64,000 bases of DNA from Pseudomonadota bacterium (GTDB taxonomy: Bacteria > Pseudomonadota > Alphaproteobacteria > Micavibrionales > UBA2020): positions 51,989 to 115,988 of the forward strand of contig JAJZTA010000002.1 in the NCBI GenBank assembly GCA_021849295.1, given 5' to 3'. The stretch's first letter is position 1, and each line of letters begins with the position of its first letter. Both the position numbers and the translations under genes were made by a program. Below the pieces are notes generated by a model. That model was not told the origin of the DNA and did not search any database. It was given only the letters and a program-made list of their open reading frames with translations. Shown piece by piece: positions 39,783-49,073 of this stretch.

Positions 39783-39927
39783 TTTCGCCTCCCGCGCAGG
39801 AAACCATATTCCGCGGCGCGGCGCATTGACGTCCGTCAAAAAAAATATTTTTCTCTCCTCTGATAAAAGTCAATTTATTCCGCCTCCGTCTGCCGCATGC
39901 TGGCACAAACCATGCGAAGGATGAGTC

Positions 39928-41268
39928 ATGAAGCCTTTGAATCCGGATCACCCGATCGTCGCCGCCGTTGGCAGGGAAGCCTTTCCTTTCGCCACGGATC
40001 TCGACTTCGACCCTCTTGTCGCGGCCGCCGCGGACAAGGAGATCGTGATGATCGGCGAGTCGACGCACGGCACCAAGGAATTCTACCGCCTGCGCGCGCA
40101 GATCACGCAGCGGCTGATCGTCGAGCACGGCTTCGACACCGTGGCCGTGGAGGCCGACTGGCCGGACGCCTACACCATCCACCGCTACGTCTGCGGCCAG
40201 TCCGAAGACGTGAGCGCCGACGAGGCGCTGAACGATTTCGAAAGGTTCCCCACATGGATGTGGCGCAACCGCGAGGTCCAGCATTTCGTGGAATGGCTGC
40301 GCGCCCACAACATCGACCGCCCGCAGCCGGTCGGCTTCTACGGGCTCGACCTTTACAGCATGAACACCTCGATGCACGCCGTCGTCGCCTACCTCAACAG
40401 GGTCGACCCCTTGAGCGCGCACCGCGCGCGGCAGCGCTACGCCTGCCTTGACCATTTCATGGACCATCCGCAGTCCTACGGCTACGCCACGGAAATGGGC
40501 ATGATCGAATCCTGCGAAAAGCAGATCGTGGAGCAGATCGAGGAGCTGCACCGCAAATCCTGGGCCTATCTGCAGCACAACGGCGGAGCGGTCGAGGAAG
40601 AATATTTCTCCGCAAAACAGAACGCGCAGCTGGTGCACGCGGCCGAACAATACTACCGCGCCCTTTTCCGCGGCCGGCCGGACTCGTGGAACCTGCGCGA
40701 CAAGCACATGTTTTCGACGCTCGGACAGCTGATGGAACACCGCAGCAAGCGGCTCAAACGCAAGTCGAAAACGGTCGTCTGGGCGCACAACTCGCACGTC
40801 GGCAACGCCTCCGCGACCGAGATGGCCTTGCGTGGCGAATACAATATCGGGCAGCTGGTGCGCGCCAGCCACGACGCAGGCGCCCTGCTGGTCGGGTTCT
40901 CGACCTGCCGCGGCACGGTCAGGGCATCCTCCGACTGGGACGCGCCCGACGAGGTGAAAAACATCGTGGAGCCGCTCGCCGGCAGCTACGAGCAGATTTT
41001 CAACCATGTGGGCGGAGGAAAATTCTTTCTCGATTTGCGCGCGGACAACACGGCCACCGACATGCTGCAGGAACACCGCCTGCTGCGCGCCATCGGCGTC
41101 GTCTACAAGCCGGAGACGGAAAGATACAGCCATTACGTCTATTCCTGCCTGCCCAAGCAGTTCGACTTCATCATCCATCTCAACCACACCACGGCCGTGG
41201 AGCCGATCGAAACCATTCCCCACATCCACCACGGCGAGATGGACGAAACCTATCCCAGCGGCATGTAA
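39928..41268 (+). CDS. Erythromycin-esterase-family protein (Ere/ChaN-like)
   Basis: 446 aa. IVMIGESTHGTKEFYRLRAQITQRLIVEHGFDTVAVEADWPDAY and WAHNSHVG motifs typical of PF05139. Confidence 0.75.
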   Translation: MKPLNPDHPIVAAVGREAFPFATDLDFDPLVAAAADKEIVMIGESTHGTKEFYRLRAQITQRLIVEHGFDTVAVEADWPDAYTIHRYVCGQSEDVSADEALNDFERFPTWMWRNREVQHFVEWLRAHNIDRPQPVGFYGLDLYSMNTSMHAVVAYLNRVDPLSAHRARQRYACLDHFMDHPQSYGYATEMGMIESCEKQIVEQIEELHRKSWAYLQHNGGAVEEEYFSAKQNAQLVHAAEQYYRALFRGRPDSWNLRDKHMFSTLGQLMEHRSKRLKRKSKTVVWAHNSHVGNASATEMALRGEYNIGQLVRASHDAGALLVGFSTCRGTVRASSDWDAPDEVKNIVEPLAGSYEQIFNHVGGGKFFLDLRADNTATDMLQEHRLLRAIGVVYKPETERYSHYVYSCLPKQFDFIIHLNHTTAVEPIETIPHIHHGEMDETYPSGM

Positions 41269-41287
41269 AAAAACGAAAGGAGCTCCC

Positions 41288-41764
41288 ATGACCATTTCAT
41301 TCTCAGTTTCACGCGTTAAAGATGTTATGACGCCCGACCCCGTGCTGGTCAAACCCGACGCGACCTTGCAGGAGGCCGCGAAAAAAATGGCGTCTATCGA
41401 CTGCGGCGTTTTGCCCGTCGGCACCAAGGACGACATTCAGGGGATCATCACCGACCGCGACATCGTGATCCGCGCCATCGCCCACGGCAAAAATCCGGCT
41501 CACGAGAAGGTCGCGAAATACGTCACGAAGCAGACCTACGACTGCCACGAGGACGACAAGATCGAGGAGGCCACCAGAATCATGCACGAGCGCAAGGTCG
41601 GCCGCCTGCTCGTCCGCGACAAGCAGGGGCACATTTCCGGCATTCTCTCCTTCGGCTGCATCCTGCGCAACGACGCCAGCCCGCAGGAAGTCGCCGACCT
41701 CATCCGCCACTCCGCGGGGCCGGTGTCGGTTCATAAAAAAGTGAAAAGGAATGCAACGGCTTGA
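41288..41764 (+). CDS. CBS-pair-only protein
   Basis: 158 aa. VKDVMTPDPVLVKPDATLQEAAKKMASIDCGVLPV.. and ..IMHERKVGRLLVRDKQGHISGILS form two CBS motifs, with no other domain. Confidence 0.8.
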   Translation: MTISFSVSRVKDVMTPDPVLVKPDATLQEAAKKMASIDCGVLPVGTKDDIQGIITDRDIVIRAIAHGKNPAHEKVAKYVTKQTYDCHEDDKIEEATRIMHERKVGRLLVRDKQGHISGILSFGCILRNDASPQEVADLIRHSAGPVSVHKKVKRNATA

Positions 41765-42383
41765 AAACCGGTCGCAGGCCGGAAAAATTCTGGCGGAGGC
41801 ACTAGGGCGCTACAAAGGCAGCCCCGACGCGCTGGTGTTCGCCCTGCCGCGCGGCGGCGTTCCCGTGGCGCACGAGGTGGCGCAGGCGCTTTCTCTGCCG
41901 CTCGACGTCTGCCTCGTGCGCAAGATCGGCATGCCGGGCTACGAGGAGTTCGCCATCGGCGCCGTCGCCGCGGGCGGCATCCGCCACATCAATCCCGACT
42001 ACGAAGACCTCATGCCGAAAGAGGAAACGAAGCAGGTCCTGCAAAAGGAAGAGGCGGAACTGCAGCGGCGCAACGCCCTCTACCGCCAGAACCGCCCTTT
42101 TCCGGACGTGAAGGGGAAAACCGTCATCGTCATCGACGACGGGCTGGCGACGGGCGCCTCCATGCGCGCCGCCGTGGAGTTCATGCGCCGCCAGGGCGCG
42201 GGACGAATCGTCGCCGCCGTTCCGGTCGGCTCGCGGGAGGCCTGCAACGCGCTGGCCTCCGTCGCCGACGAAGTCGTCTGCCCCTTCATTCCGGATCCGT
42301 TTTGGGGCGTGGGGCAATGGTATGAGGATTTTACGCAGACCGGCGACCGCGAGGTGCGCGAAATTCTCGCGCGTTACAGATAG
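41751..42383 (+). CDS. Putative phosphoribosyltransferase (type I PRTase fold)
   Basis: ALPRGGVPVAHEVAQAL and PRPP loop VIVIDDGLATGASM. 14-nt overlap with the CBS gene. Confidence 0.75.
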   Translation: MQRLENRSQAGKILAEALGRYKGSPDALVFALPRGGVPVAHEVAQALSLPLDVCLVRKIGMPGYEEFAIGAVAAGGIRHINPDYEDLMPKEETKQVLQKEEAELQRRNALYRQNRPFPDVKGKTVIVIDDGLATGASMRAAVEFMRRQGAGRIVAAVPVGSREACNALASVADEVVCPFIPDPFWGVGQWYEDFTQTGDREVREILARYR

Positions 42384-42475
42384 TTTTTATTTTCTTGACG
42401 TCCATCAGATCAAAGACGGGCGATTTGTGCTCTGCTGTTTCCGATCATCAACAACCCAACCTCAAGGAGAACATC

Positions 42476-42979
42476 ATGACAATACGCAGTCTGATAAACT
42501 GGGACCGCCCTTTCGGCGTTCCCGTCCGCCGCAGCGGAGACTTCTTTCCGTCCTTTTCGGCGCTGCAGGAGGACATGAACAACCTGCTGGAAAGATTTTA
42601 CAAAGGCTCGGACGTGTACCTGACCAACTGGGACAATGTCACGGCCTCTCCGGCGGTGAACATCGCCGAGAACGATAAATCCTTCCGCATCGAAGCCGAA
42701 CTGCCGGGCATGCCGCCGGAAGCGGTCGACGTTTCCGTCACCGACGGCTATCTGACCATCAAGGGCGAGCGCAAGGAGGAAAATGAGGAGAAAGACGTCG
42801 ACTACATCCGCCGCGAATACTCCGCCTCCACCTTCTACCGGCAAATTCCCCTGCCCGATGCGGCCAACGCCGACAAGGCCGAGGCCTCTTTCAAAAACGG
42901 CATCCTGACGGTCACGTTCCCGAAGAAAGCCGAAGCCGTGCAGCACGCGCGGAAATTGCAAATCAAAAAAGCCGCCTGA
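42476..42979 (+). CDS. Small heat-shock protein (Hsp20/alpha-crystallin)
   Basis: AVNIAENDKSFRIEAELPGMPPEAVDVSVTDGYLTIKGER...ASFKNGILTVTFPK. AAGGAGA RBS 6 nt upstream of ATG 42476. Confidence 0.9.
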   Translation: MTIRSLINWDRPFGVPVRRSGDFFPSFSALQEDMNNLLERFYKGSDVYLTNWDNVTASPAVNIAENDKSFRIEAELPGMPPEAVDVSVTDGYLTIKGERKEENEEKDVDYIRREYSASTFYRQIPLPDAANADKAEASFKNGILTVTFPKKAEAVQHARKLQIKKAA

Positions 42980-42992
42980 TTTGTAAACCTGC

Positions 42993-43029
42993 GGCCGGAG
43001 CGGTCCCCCACGCCGCTCCGGCCTTTTTT
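42993..43029 (+). terminator. Rho-independent terminator after hsp20
   Basis: ggccggagcgg-tcccccac-gccgctccggcc followed by tttttt. Confidence 0.85.
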
Positions 43030-43046
43030 CCTTTCGGAGAAGTTTC

Positions 43047-43553
43047 ATGCAGATAACGGGAAGACTGGCAGAGGAAACCCCGCAAAACATAGACCGGCCG
43101 CGCCTGTCGGCCCGCCATCATAAAATCGTCCGCGTCTGGATCGTCGTGGCCGACGACCATGTGGCCAAGGTCTTCAGAAAAAACGGCAAGCGGCTCGAAT
43201 GTCTCGGGCTGGCCATGCCCGAGAAAACCGCGCCGCCGACCAACAAATCCGTCGGCCGCGTTTTCAGCTCCTTTCAAGGCACAATCCATCACAAATACGA
43301 GCCGCACGTCACCAGACGGCACCGGCAGAACATCTCCTTCACGCGCGAGCTGGCGCAGTGGCTGGAAAAGACCTTCGACGACGGCGCCTTCGACAAGCTC
43401 ATCATCGCCGCAGCGCCGCGCACGCTCGGCAACCTGCGCAAGGCCTCCGGCAAAAGCCTGCAAGCCGCCATCATCTCCGAAATCAACAAGGACCTGACCG
43501 GACACCCCGAGGACTCCTTGCGCAAGGAGCTGTTAAAAACGGCCGCACGCTAG
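43047..43553 (+). CDS. Host-attachment-family protein (PF10116-like)
   Basis: VWIVVADDHVAKVFRKNG...LIIAAAPRTLGNLRKA...EINKDLTGHPEDSLRKEL resembles the family pattern. Assigned from memory only. Confidence 0.45.
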   Translation: MQITGRLAEETPQNIDRPRLSARHHKIVRVWIVVADDHVAKVFRKNGKRLECLGLAMPEKTAPPTNKSVGRVFSSFQGTIHHKYEPHVTRRHRQNISFTRELAQWLEKTFDDGAFDKLIIAAAPRTLGNLRKASGKSLQAAIISEINKDLTGHPEDSLRKELLKTAAR

Positions 43554-43654
43554 CCCTCCCAATCATCGGCAAAATCACATCCGCGCACGCCGCGGAGAAA
43601 CCTATGGCCTGCGTTGAAAAATCACCCCAGGATCTCTTGTGTCAGTATAAGAAA

Positions 43655-43683
43655 TATTGTTAAAAGTCAATTATTTAACAATA
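43655..43683. promoter_or_regulatory. Perfect 10-bp inverted repeat (candidate operator) in the AT-rich region upstream of the XRE gene
   Basis: TATTGTTAAA-agtcaatta-TTTAACAATA. Ends 45 bp upstream of ATG 43729. Confidence 0.45.
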
Positions 43684-43728
43684 AAAAATCTATATAAATA
43701 CAATTTTATTTTTGAAATCCTGCTCGGT

Positions 43729-44103
43729 ATGAAAACACTGTCTCAAAGAGCGTATGAGCGTCGCAAGGCACTGGGGCTTTCACAAGAAGCCGTCGGCAAA
43801 GCCTGCGGCGTATCGCAAGAAGCGATCAGGCAGATGGAAAGCGGTAACCTGCGAAAGCCCCCTCACTATCTGGACGAGCTTGCGCAGGTACTTCAAACAA
43901 CGCGCGAGTGGCTGAAAAGCGGCATCGGGCCAAAAGAGGATATTATGAAGATGGACAATCCGGCACTGGGAGAAACGGGCTACAAGGGAAAGAGAGCAAA
44001 ATTGTCGGAACTGCTGGCACTCTGGGATTCCGCTACAGATGAGGAACGCGTGCAATTTCTGGCCATTGCGCTTATAGAGTATGAGAAAGAGCACGAGCAA
44101 TAG
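43729..44103 (+). CDS. XRE-family HTH transcriptional regulator
   Basis: MKTLSQRAYERRKALGLSQEAVGKACGVSQEAIRQMESGN, a Cro/C1-type HTH. 124 aa. Confidence 0.8.
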   Translation: MKTLSQRAYERRKALGLSQEAVGKACGVSQEAIRQMESGNLRKPPHYLDELAQVLQTTREWLKSGIGPKEDIMKMDNPALGETGYKGKRAKLSELLALWDSATDEERVQFLAIALIEYEKEHEQ

Positions 44104-44146
44104 CCGGCGCCTCCTGCCGAAACCAATTCATATATAATACAGCGCG

Positions 44147-45505
44147 CTACCTTTCCCGCAGCGCCGTCTCCGAAGCGTTGATGAAGGGCTTGAGCAGATA
44201 TTGCATGACCGTCCTTTTGCCGGTCACGACATCGACCGTCGCCTGCATGCCGGGAATGATGGGATAGCTCCTGCCGTTCTTCTTTAAGCTGGATTCATCG
44301 GTGCGGACCTTGACGTGGTAGAAGCTCTCGCCCTTTTCGTTCGTCGTGCTGTCGGGGCTGATTTCCACGACGCGGCCCTTGAGCGCGCCGTAAACCGAGA
44401 AATCATAGGCCGACAGGCGCACGATGGCCTTCTGCTCCGGATGGATGAAGGCGATGTCGGAGGGCTTGATGAGGGTCTCGACGATCAACTGCCCCTCGCG
44501 CGGCACGATCTCCATGATCGGCTCGCCCGGCTTGATCACGCCGCCGACCGTCCTGATCCTGATGTTCATGACGGTGCCGTAGACGGGCGAGCGGATTTCG
44601 GTGCGGCGGCTCTTGTCCCTCAGCGCCGCCAGCGTCGCCTTCAGCGCGTTGAGATCGACCATCATCCTGGACAGATGCCGCTGCGCGTCGGCCTTGAACG
44701 TGCTTTCCTGTTCGGCGATGCGCCCCTCGGCCTCCTTCACTTCCGCCGCGGCCAGCGGCAGGGACTGCTCCAGCGCATCGAGATCTGCGCGCTTCTGGGC
44801 GATGTCGCTTTCGATCTGCAGCAGCTCCTCTCTCGAGGCCGACCCGCGTTTGACCATCGGCGCGACCATTTTTTTCCGCGCCTCGGACAGGTTGAGGACA
44901 CTGGCGACGTCGGCGATTTTCTTTTTCAGCCCGACGAGCTTCTGCTTTCTCTGCTCCAGTTGCTGTTGCAGCACGTCGAGCTGGCTTTGCAGCTGTTTTT
45001 CGCTTTGGGCGTAAGCGGCTGTTTCGGCGGTGACGGACCCGGGCGCGCCTTTCATAACGTCCGCAGGGAAGGTGAGCGGTGTCCCCGCCGCCTCCGCCTG
45101 CAAACGGGTGACCGTCGCCAGCATGCCGTAATATTTCCGGCTGTTGGCCTCGAGGTCGGATTTCGCCTGAATGTCGTTGAGACGCAGCAAAGGCTGTGCG
45201 GGCTCCACAGTGTCGCCCTCCTTCACCAGCATCTTCTCGACGATCCCGCCTTCGAGACTCTGGATCACCTGCACGTTGCCCGAGGGGATGACCTCGCCGC
45301 GCCCGCGCACGACTTCGTTAAGCGAAGAAAAGGCCGACCAGACGATGAACGAAAAAATGAACAGCGCCATCGCGTAAAGCAGCATATGGTCGCGCCACGG
45401 AATGCCGTCGGCGGCGGAAAAGTCGTCGTCGTATTTGCGCGTCAGGTCGAACTTGCGCAGATCGAATTCGCTGAAATCCAGTTTCTTTTTGATTTTTTTC
45501 AACAT
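44147..45505 (-). CDS. Type I secretion membrane-fusion protein (HlyD family)
   Basis: Start MLKKIKKKLDF. N-terminal TM, long coiled-coil and barrel-sandwich regions (GGIVEKMLVKEGDTV, RSPVYGTVMNIRIRTVGGVIKPGEPIMEIVP). Confidence 0.88.
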   Translation of the reverse strand: MLKKIKKKLDFSEFDLRKFDLTRKYDDDFSAADGIPWRDHMLLYAMALFIFSFIVWSAFSSLNEVVRGRGEVIPSGNVQVIQSLEGGIVEKMLVKEGDTVEPAQPLLRLNDIQAKSDLEANSRKYYGMLATVTRLQAEAAGTPLTFPADVMKGAPGSVTAETAAYAQSEKQLQSQLDVLQQQLEQRKQKLVGLKKKIADVASVLNLSEARKKMVAPMVKRGSASREELLQIESDIAQKRADLDALEQSLPLAAAEVKEAEGRIAEQESTFKADAQRHLSRMMVDLNALKATLAALRDKSRRTEIRSPVYGTVMNIRIRTVGGVIKPGEPIMEIVPREGQLIVETLIKPSDIAFIHPEQKAIVRLSAYDFSVYGALKGRVVEISPDSTTNEKGESFYHVKVRTDESSLKKNGRSYPIIPGMQATVDVVTGKRTVMQYLLKPFINASETALRER

Positions 45506-45509
45506 GCCT

Positions 45510-47684
45510 CTAAGCTCCCGCGCCCGCGCTGCGGTAAACGCCGGCCTGCAGATTTTTGATGACCGCGTCGCGCGGCCCCGCCGCGACAAGCCGGCCCCTG
45601 TCCATCAGGACGAGCTTGTCCGTCAGCTCGAGCGTTTCGCCCTTGTGCGTGACCAGCAGCACCGTCTTGCCCTTGACGACCTCTTTCAGGTAGGTCAGCA
45701 GCCGCCGCTCGGAGCCCGGATCGATCGAGGCCGTCGGCTCGTCGAGCAGCAGGATCGGCGGATTGTAAAGCAGCGCCCGCGCGATGGCGATCGCCTGCCG
45801 CTGGCCGCCGGACAGGCTTTCGCCGCGCTCGCCCACCTGCGTATCGAGACCGGCCTCGGACTCGCGCAGAAAGTTCATGACTCCCGCCATTTCCGCCGCA
45901 TGCAAAACAATGCTGTCCGGCACGGCTTCGTGGCCAAGCGTGATGTTCTCGCGCACCGAGCCGAAAAACAGATAAGGCGTCTGCTGCACGATGCCGATGT
46001 TGCGGCGCAAATCCGCGGGATCGATCTGGCGCACGTCGACGCCGTCGATCTGCACCGAGCCGCTCTCCGGCTGGTAGAGATTGAGGATCAAACGCTCGAT
46101 CGTCGTCTTGCCCGAGCCGACGGCGCCGATGATGCCCACATGGTCGCCGGGCGCGATCGTCATGCTGATCCCGTTGATGGCGGGCGTCTTCTGCTGCGGA
46201 TAGCGGAACACGACGTCGCGGAAGGCGATGCCGCCCTTCACCACCGGCATGCTGATGAAGGTCTGCCCCTGCGGCCTTTCGATCGGCTCGGCCATCAGCT
46301 TGTTGAGGCGCTCCAGCGATTCCCGCGACTGGCTGTATTTGGTCAGCAGCCCCGCGATCGATGCCAGCGGCGCCAGCGCGCGCCCCGAAAGCGTGGTCGA
46401 AGCGATCAGCGCGCCCATGCTAAGATGGCCCGCGACGATCATGTAGACGCCGTAGACGATCATCCCCACGTATGAAAAGCTGGCGCACGACGCGGCGAAG
46501 TTGACCCCGAAGGTCGAAATCGCGCGCGCCTTTATGTTCGTCAGCGAGGCCTTTTCCGTCAGTTCCTCCCACTTGCGCTGCATATGCCCTTCCGCCGCCT
46601 GCGCCTTGATGGTTTCAAGGCCGCTCAGGGTCTCGAAAACAAGCCCGCTTTTGAAGGCGTTTTCGCGGATCGATTCCCTGACGACCCTATCGAGCGGCTT
46701 TTGCAGCACATAGCCGACGGCGATGACGACCGGCACCAGCGCCGCCGGTATCGCCGCCACGGAGCCCGCGATCATCCAGATGATGAAGATGAACAATATA
46801 ATGAACGGAAAATCGATCACCGCCACGATCGTCGCCGAGGTGAAGAAATCGCGCAGGCTCTCGAATTCCCGCAAGTTGGCGGCATGCACGCCGACGCTGG
46901 GCGGGCGGGCCGCCATTTTCATGCCGAGCATCCGCTCGAAAATCCGCGCCGAGATCACATTGTCCGCCTTGCGCCCCGCCGTATCGACGAAATGGGCGCG
47001 CAAATTCCTCAGGATAAAGTCGAACAAAAAGACGATGCTGATGCCGATCGCCAGCACCCACAGCGAGGAAAAGGCGGCGTTGGGCAAAACGCGGTCATAG
47101 ATGTTCATCGCGAACAGGGGTGTCGACAGGGCGAGCAGATTGATCAGCAGCGCCGCCAGCGCGACTTCCCTGTAAACGCCTTTGTAGCGCCACAGCGCGC
47201 TCCAGAACCAGTCGCGCCCCTCTTCCGCCCGCTGCGGGCCCGCGCGGCTGTCGAGAAGCGCGCGCGGCCGCACGAAAAAGGCGTAGCCGCGGTATCTTTC
47301 GCGCAGCTCGTTCAACCCGACCTTCACCGCGGCGTCGGGCGTTTCGGGGAACAGAACCTCCGCGCCGTCTTCCGATTTGCCTTTCAGGATGCAGGCGTGG
47401 TTGCTGTTGAGAATCAGGATGCAGGGCAGGTTGACGCTGCCGATCAGGTCTTCCAGCGGACGCCGCACCATGCGCGCCGTCAGATTGATGCGGTCGGCCG
47501 CCCGCACGAAGGCCGAGGGCGCGGCCATTTGCGCGCCGTGCACCGGCAGCCCCGCCGACAGGGCGACCGCCGTCGTCCGCCGCCCGTACGACGCCGCCAC
47601 GATCGCCAGGCATTCCATCAGCGGATCGTCGAGAGAGATCATTTCCGCTTCGAGCGGCCAGCCGGTATGTTCCGTCTTTTCCAT
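45510..47684 (-). CDS. Type I secretion ABC transporter ATPase/permease with N-terminal C39-like domain (LssB-type)
   Basis: Track ORF trimmed to ATG 47684, which forms an ATGA overlap with the tolC-like stop. N-terminus DDPLMECLAIVAASYGRRTT, six-TM domain, Walker A GAVGSGKTT, LSGGQRQAIAIARAL. Confidence 0.88.
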   Translation of the reverse strand: MEKTEHTGWPLEAEMISLDDPLMECLAIVAASYGRRTTAVALSAGLPVHGAQMAAPSAFVRAADRINLTARMVRRPLEDLIGSVNLPCILILNSNHACILKGKSEDGAEVLFPETPDAAVKVGLNELRERYRGYAFFVRPRALLDSRAGPQRAEEGRDWFWSALWRYKGVYREVALAALLINLLALSTPLFAMNIYDRVLPNAAFSSLWVLAIGISIVFLFDFILRNLRAHFVDTAGRKADNVISARIFERMLGMKMAARPPSVGVHAANLREFESLRDFFTSATIVAVIDFPFIILFIFIIWMIAGSVAAIPAALVPVVIAVGYVLQKPLDRVVRESIRENAFKSGLVFETLSGLETIKAQAAEGHMQRKWEELTEKASLTNIKARAISTFGVNFAASCASFSYVGMIVYGVYMIVAGHLSMGALIASTTLSGRALAPLASIAGLLTKYSQSRESLERLNKLMAEPIERPQGQTFISMPVVKGGIAFRDVVFRYPQQKTPAINGISMTIAPGDHVGIIGAVGSGKTTIERLILNLYQPESGSVQIDGVDVRQIDPADLRRNIGIVQQTPYLFFGSVRENITLGHEAVPDSIVLHAAEMAGVMNFLRESEAGLDTQVGERGESLSGGQRQAIAIARALLYNPPILLLDEPTASIDPGSERRLLTYLKEVVKGKTVLLVTHKGETLELTDKLVLMDRGRLVAAGPRDAVIKNLQAGVYRSAGAGA

Positions 47685-49009
47685 CACTTCTCCATCCGTG
47701 CCGCGCGCGGCGGCGCGATGCCCAGAGCGCCCAGCATCTTTCCCTCGAGCGCCAGCAGGCGGTAAACCGCGAAAGCGGCGGCATAGGCTTCGTTCATATG
47801 ATTGCTGCGCGCGGCGATCAGCTCGTTTTGCGCGTCCAGCACGTCGAGCAGGGTGCGGCGGTTCATCTTGAACTGGTCGAGATAGACGATCACCACCTTC
47901 CTGTCGGCTTTCGACTGGTCCGAAAAATCCCTGGCGCGGATGCGGGCGGCATCCAGCGCCGCCTCCGTGTCGCGGAAGTCCTTTTCCACCTGCCGCGCCG
48001 CCTGCGCGGCGCGGGCCGTCGCCTCCAGATAGCGCTGCATGTATTCGCGCCGCCGGTCCTCGTCGCCGCCGCCGTGATAGAGGTTCCACGTCATCACGAC
48101 CAGCGCGGAAACGTTACGCTGGCTGCCTCTTATGCCGGATTCATTAAATCCGTCGGAGCCGTTCACCTCGAAATCCAGCTTGGGATACAGGGCCGCGCCC
48201 GTTTCCTTGTAGCCTTCGAGCGCGGATCTGGCCTTGGCGCGACTGATGGCCAGCGTCGGGTTGTTCAGCAAAGCTTCCTGCACGCCCATGTCTACGGTTT
48301 TGGGCAGGCGGTTGTCGGGCACGGCGGGCGGAAGAAGCGTTCCCGGCATTTCCCCCGTTTTCTGGAGAAAAAGGTCCTCGGCGGTGACCAGATCGCGCTG
48401 CACCGCCGCCACGGCGGCGCGGGCGTTGCCGAGGCGCGCCTCCACCTGCGCCACGTCCCCCGCCGTGCCGGTGCCGCCCTTGAAGCCCGCTTTTACGTTG
48501 TCCAGAATGACCAGATGGTCGTCGACGTTGACGCGGGCGATCTGCAGCAAGGCGCGCTGGCGCAGAACGTCCAGATAGGCCTGCACGATGTCGAGCCCGA
48601 GAAACTCGCTCACCTCGCGCACATGCTCGTCCGCGGACTCGAGCCCGTAAGCCTGCGACCTGATCAGGTGCGTCGTGCCGAAGCCGTCGAAAAGAAGCTG
48701 AGTCAGCGTCAGGGAACCCTGCCGCTCCCACAGGTTCTGCCGGTTGGGCAGAAGGATAGGCGAGACTGTCTGCTGCCGCCCGCCCTGCGCCTGAAGGTCC
48801 ACCGCCGGAAAGTAGCCGGATCCGGCCTGCAACAGTAATTGCCGCGCTTCATTCTTCTGGCGGGCGGCGACGCCGTATTCGGGGCTGGTGTCGATCCCGC
48901 GGCGCACCGCCTCCGCCAGCGTCAACGGCGCAGGCGGTAGCGCGGCATAAGCGGCCGCCGGCAGCAGCATGCCCAGAACAAGACACAGTTCCGCCAGTTT
49001 ACCCTTCAT
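47684..49009 (-). CDS. TolC-family outer-membrane efflux protein
   Basis: Signal peptide MKGKLAELCLVLGMLLPAAAYAA. Duplicated OEP repeats (LTLAEAVRRGIDTSPEY...). Confidence 0.85.
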   Translation of the reverse strand: MKGKLAELCLVLGMLLPAAAYAALPPAPLTLAEAVRRGIDTSPEYGVAARQKNEARQLLLQAGSGYFPAVDLQAQGGRQQTVSPILLPNRQNLWERQGSLTLTQLLFDGFGTTHLIRSQAYGLESADEHVREVSEFLGLDIVQAYLDVLRQRALLQIARVNVDDHLVILDNVKAGFKGGTGTAGDVAQVEARLGNARAAVAAVQRDLVTAEDLFLQKTGEMPGTLLPPAVPDNRLPKTVDMGVQEALLNNPTLAISRAKARSALEGYKETGAALYPKLDFEVNGSDGFNESGIRGSQRNVSALVVMTWNLYHGGGDEDRRREYMQRYLEATARAAQAARQVEKDFRDTEAALDAARIRARDFSDQSKADRKVVIVYLDQFKMNRRTLLDVLDAQNELIAARSNHMNEAYAAAFAVYRLLALEGKMLGALGIAPPRAARMEK

Positions 49010-49073
49010 AAAGCTGCTCTTTGAAAAAGAGCGTGGCGGAAGCCTGTATTTGTTGTAGAGCATGGCTGTTACA

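Noticed and set aside
38521-41436. 971-aa minus-strand ORF spanning the phaC 5' region and the erythromycin-esterase-like gene.
   Set aside because: It reads through two oppositely oriented real genes, is out of frame with phaC, and is Arg/Gly/Pro-rich. No domain pattern is recognisable.
42384-42475. ROSE-type RNA thermometer or sigma-32 promoter in the hsp20 leader.
   Set aside because: The only pairing found is a weak 7-bp one: ctgtttcc with ggagaaca, with a bulged G and a 24-nt loop. The canonical short U(U/C)GCU-SD hairpin is absent, and there is no convincing CTTG-N17-CYTATNT promoter. Evidence is insufficient without covariance analysis.
45510-48089. 859-aa version of the T1SS ABC transporter. 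The same kind of extended start occurs in ORFs 34587.., 35504.., 37315.., 51018..52655, 50215..51180 and 57569..
   Set aside because: The N-terminal extensions overlap upstream genes out of frame and are Arg/Gly/Pro-rich. Internal ATGs with an RBS or stop-start overlaps give family-typical lengths, and these were used in the feature table.
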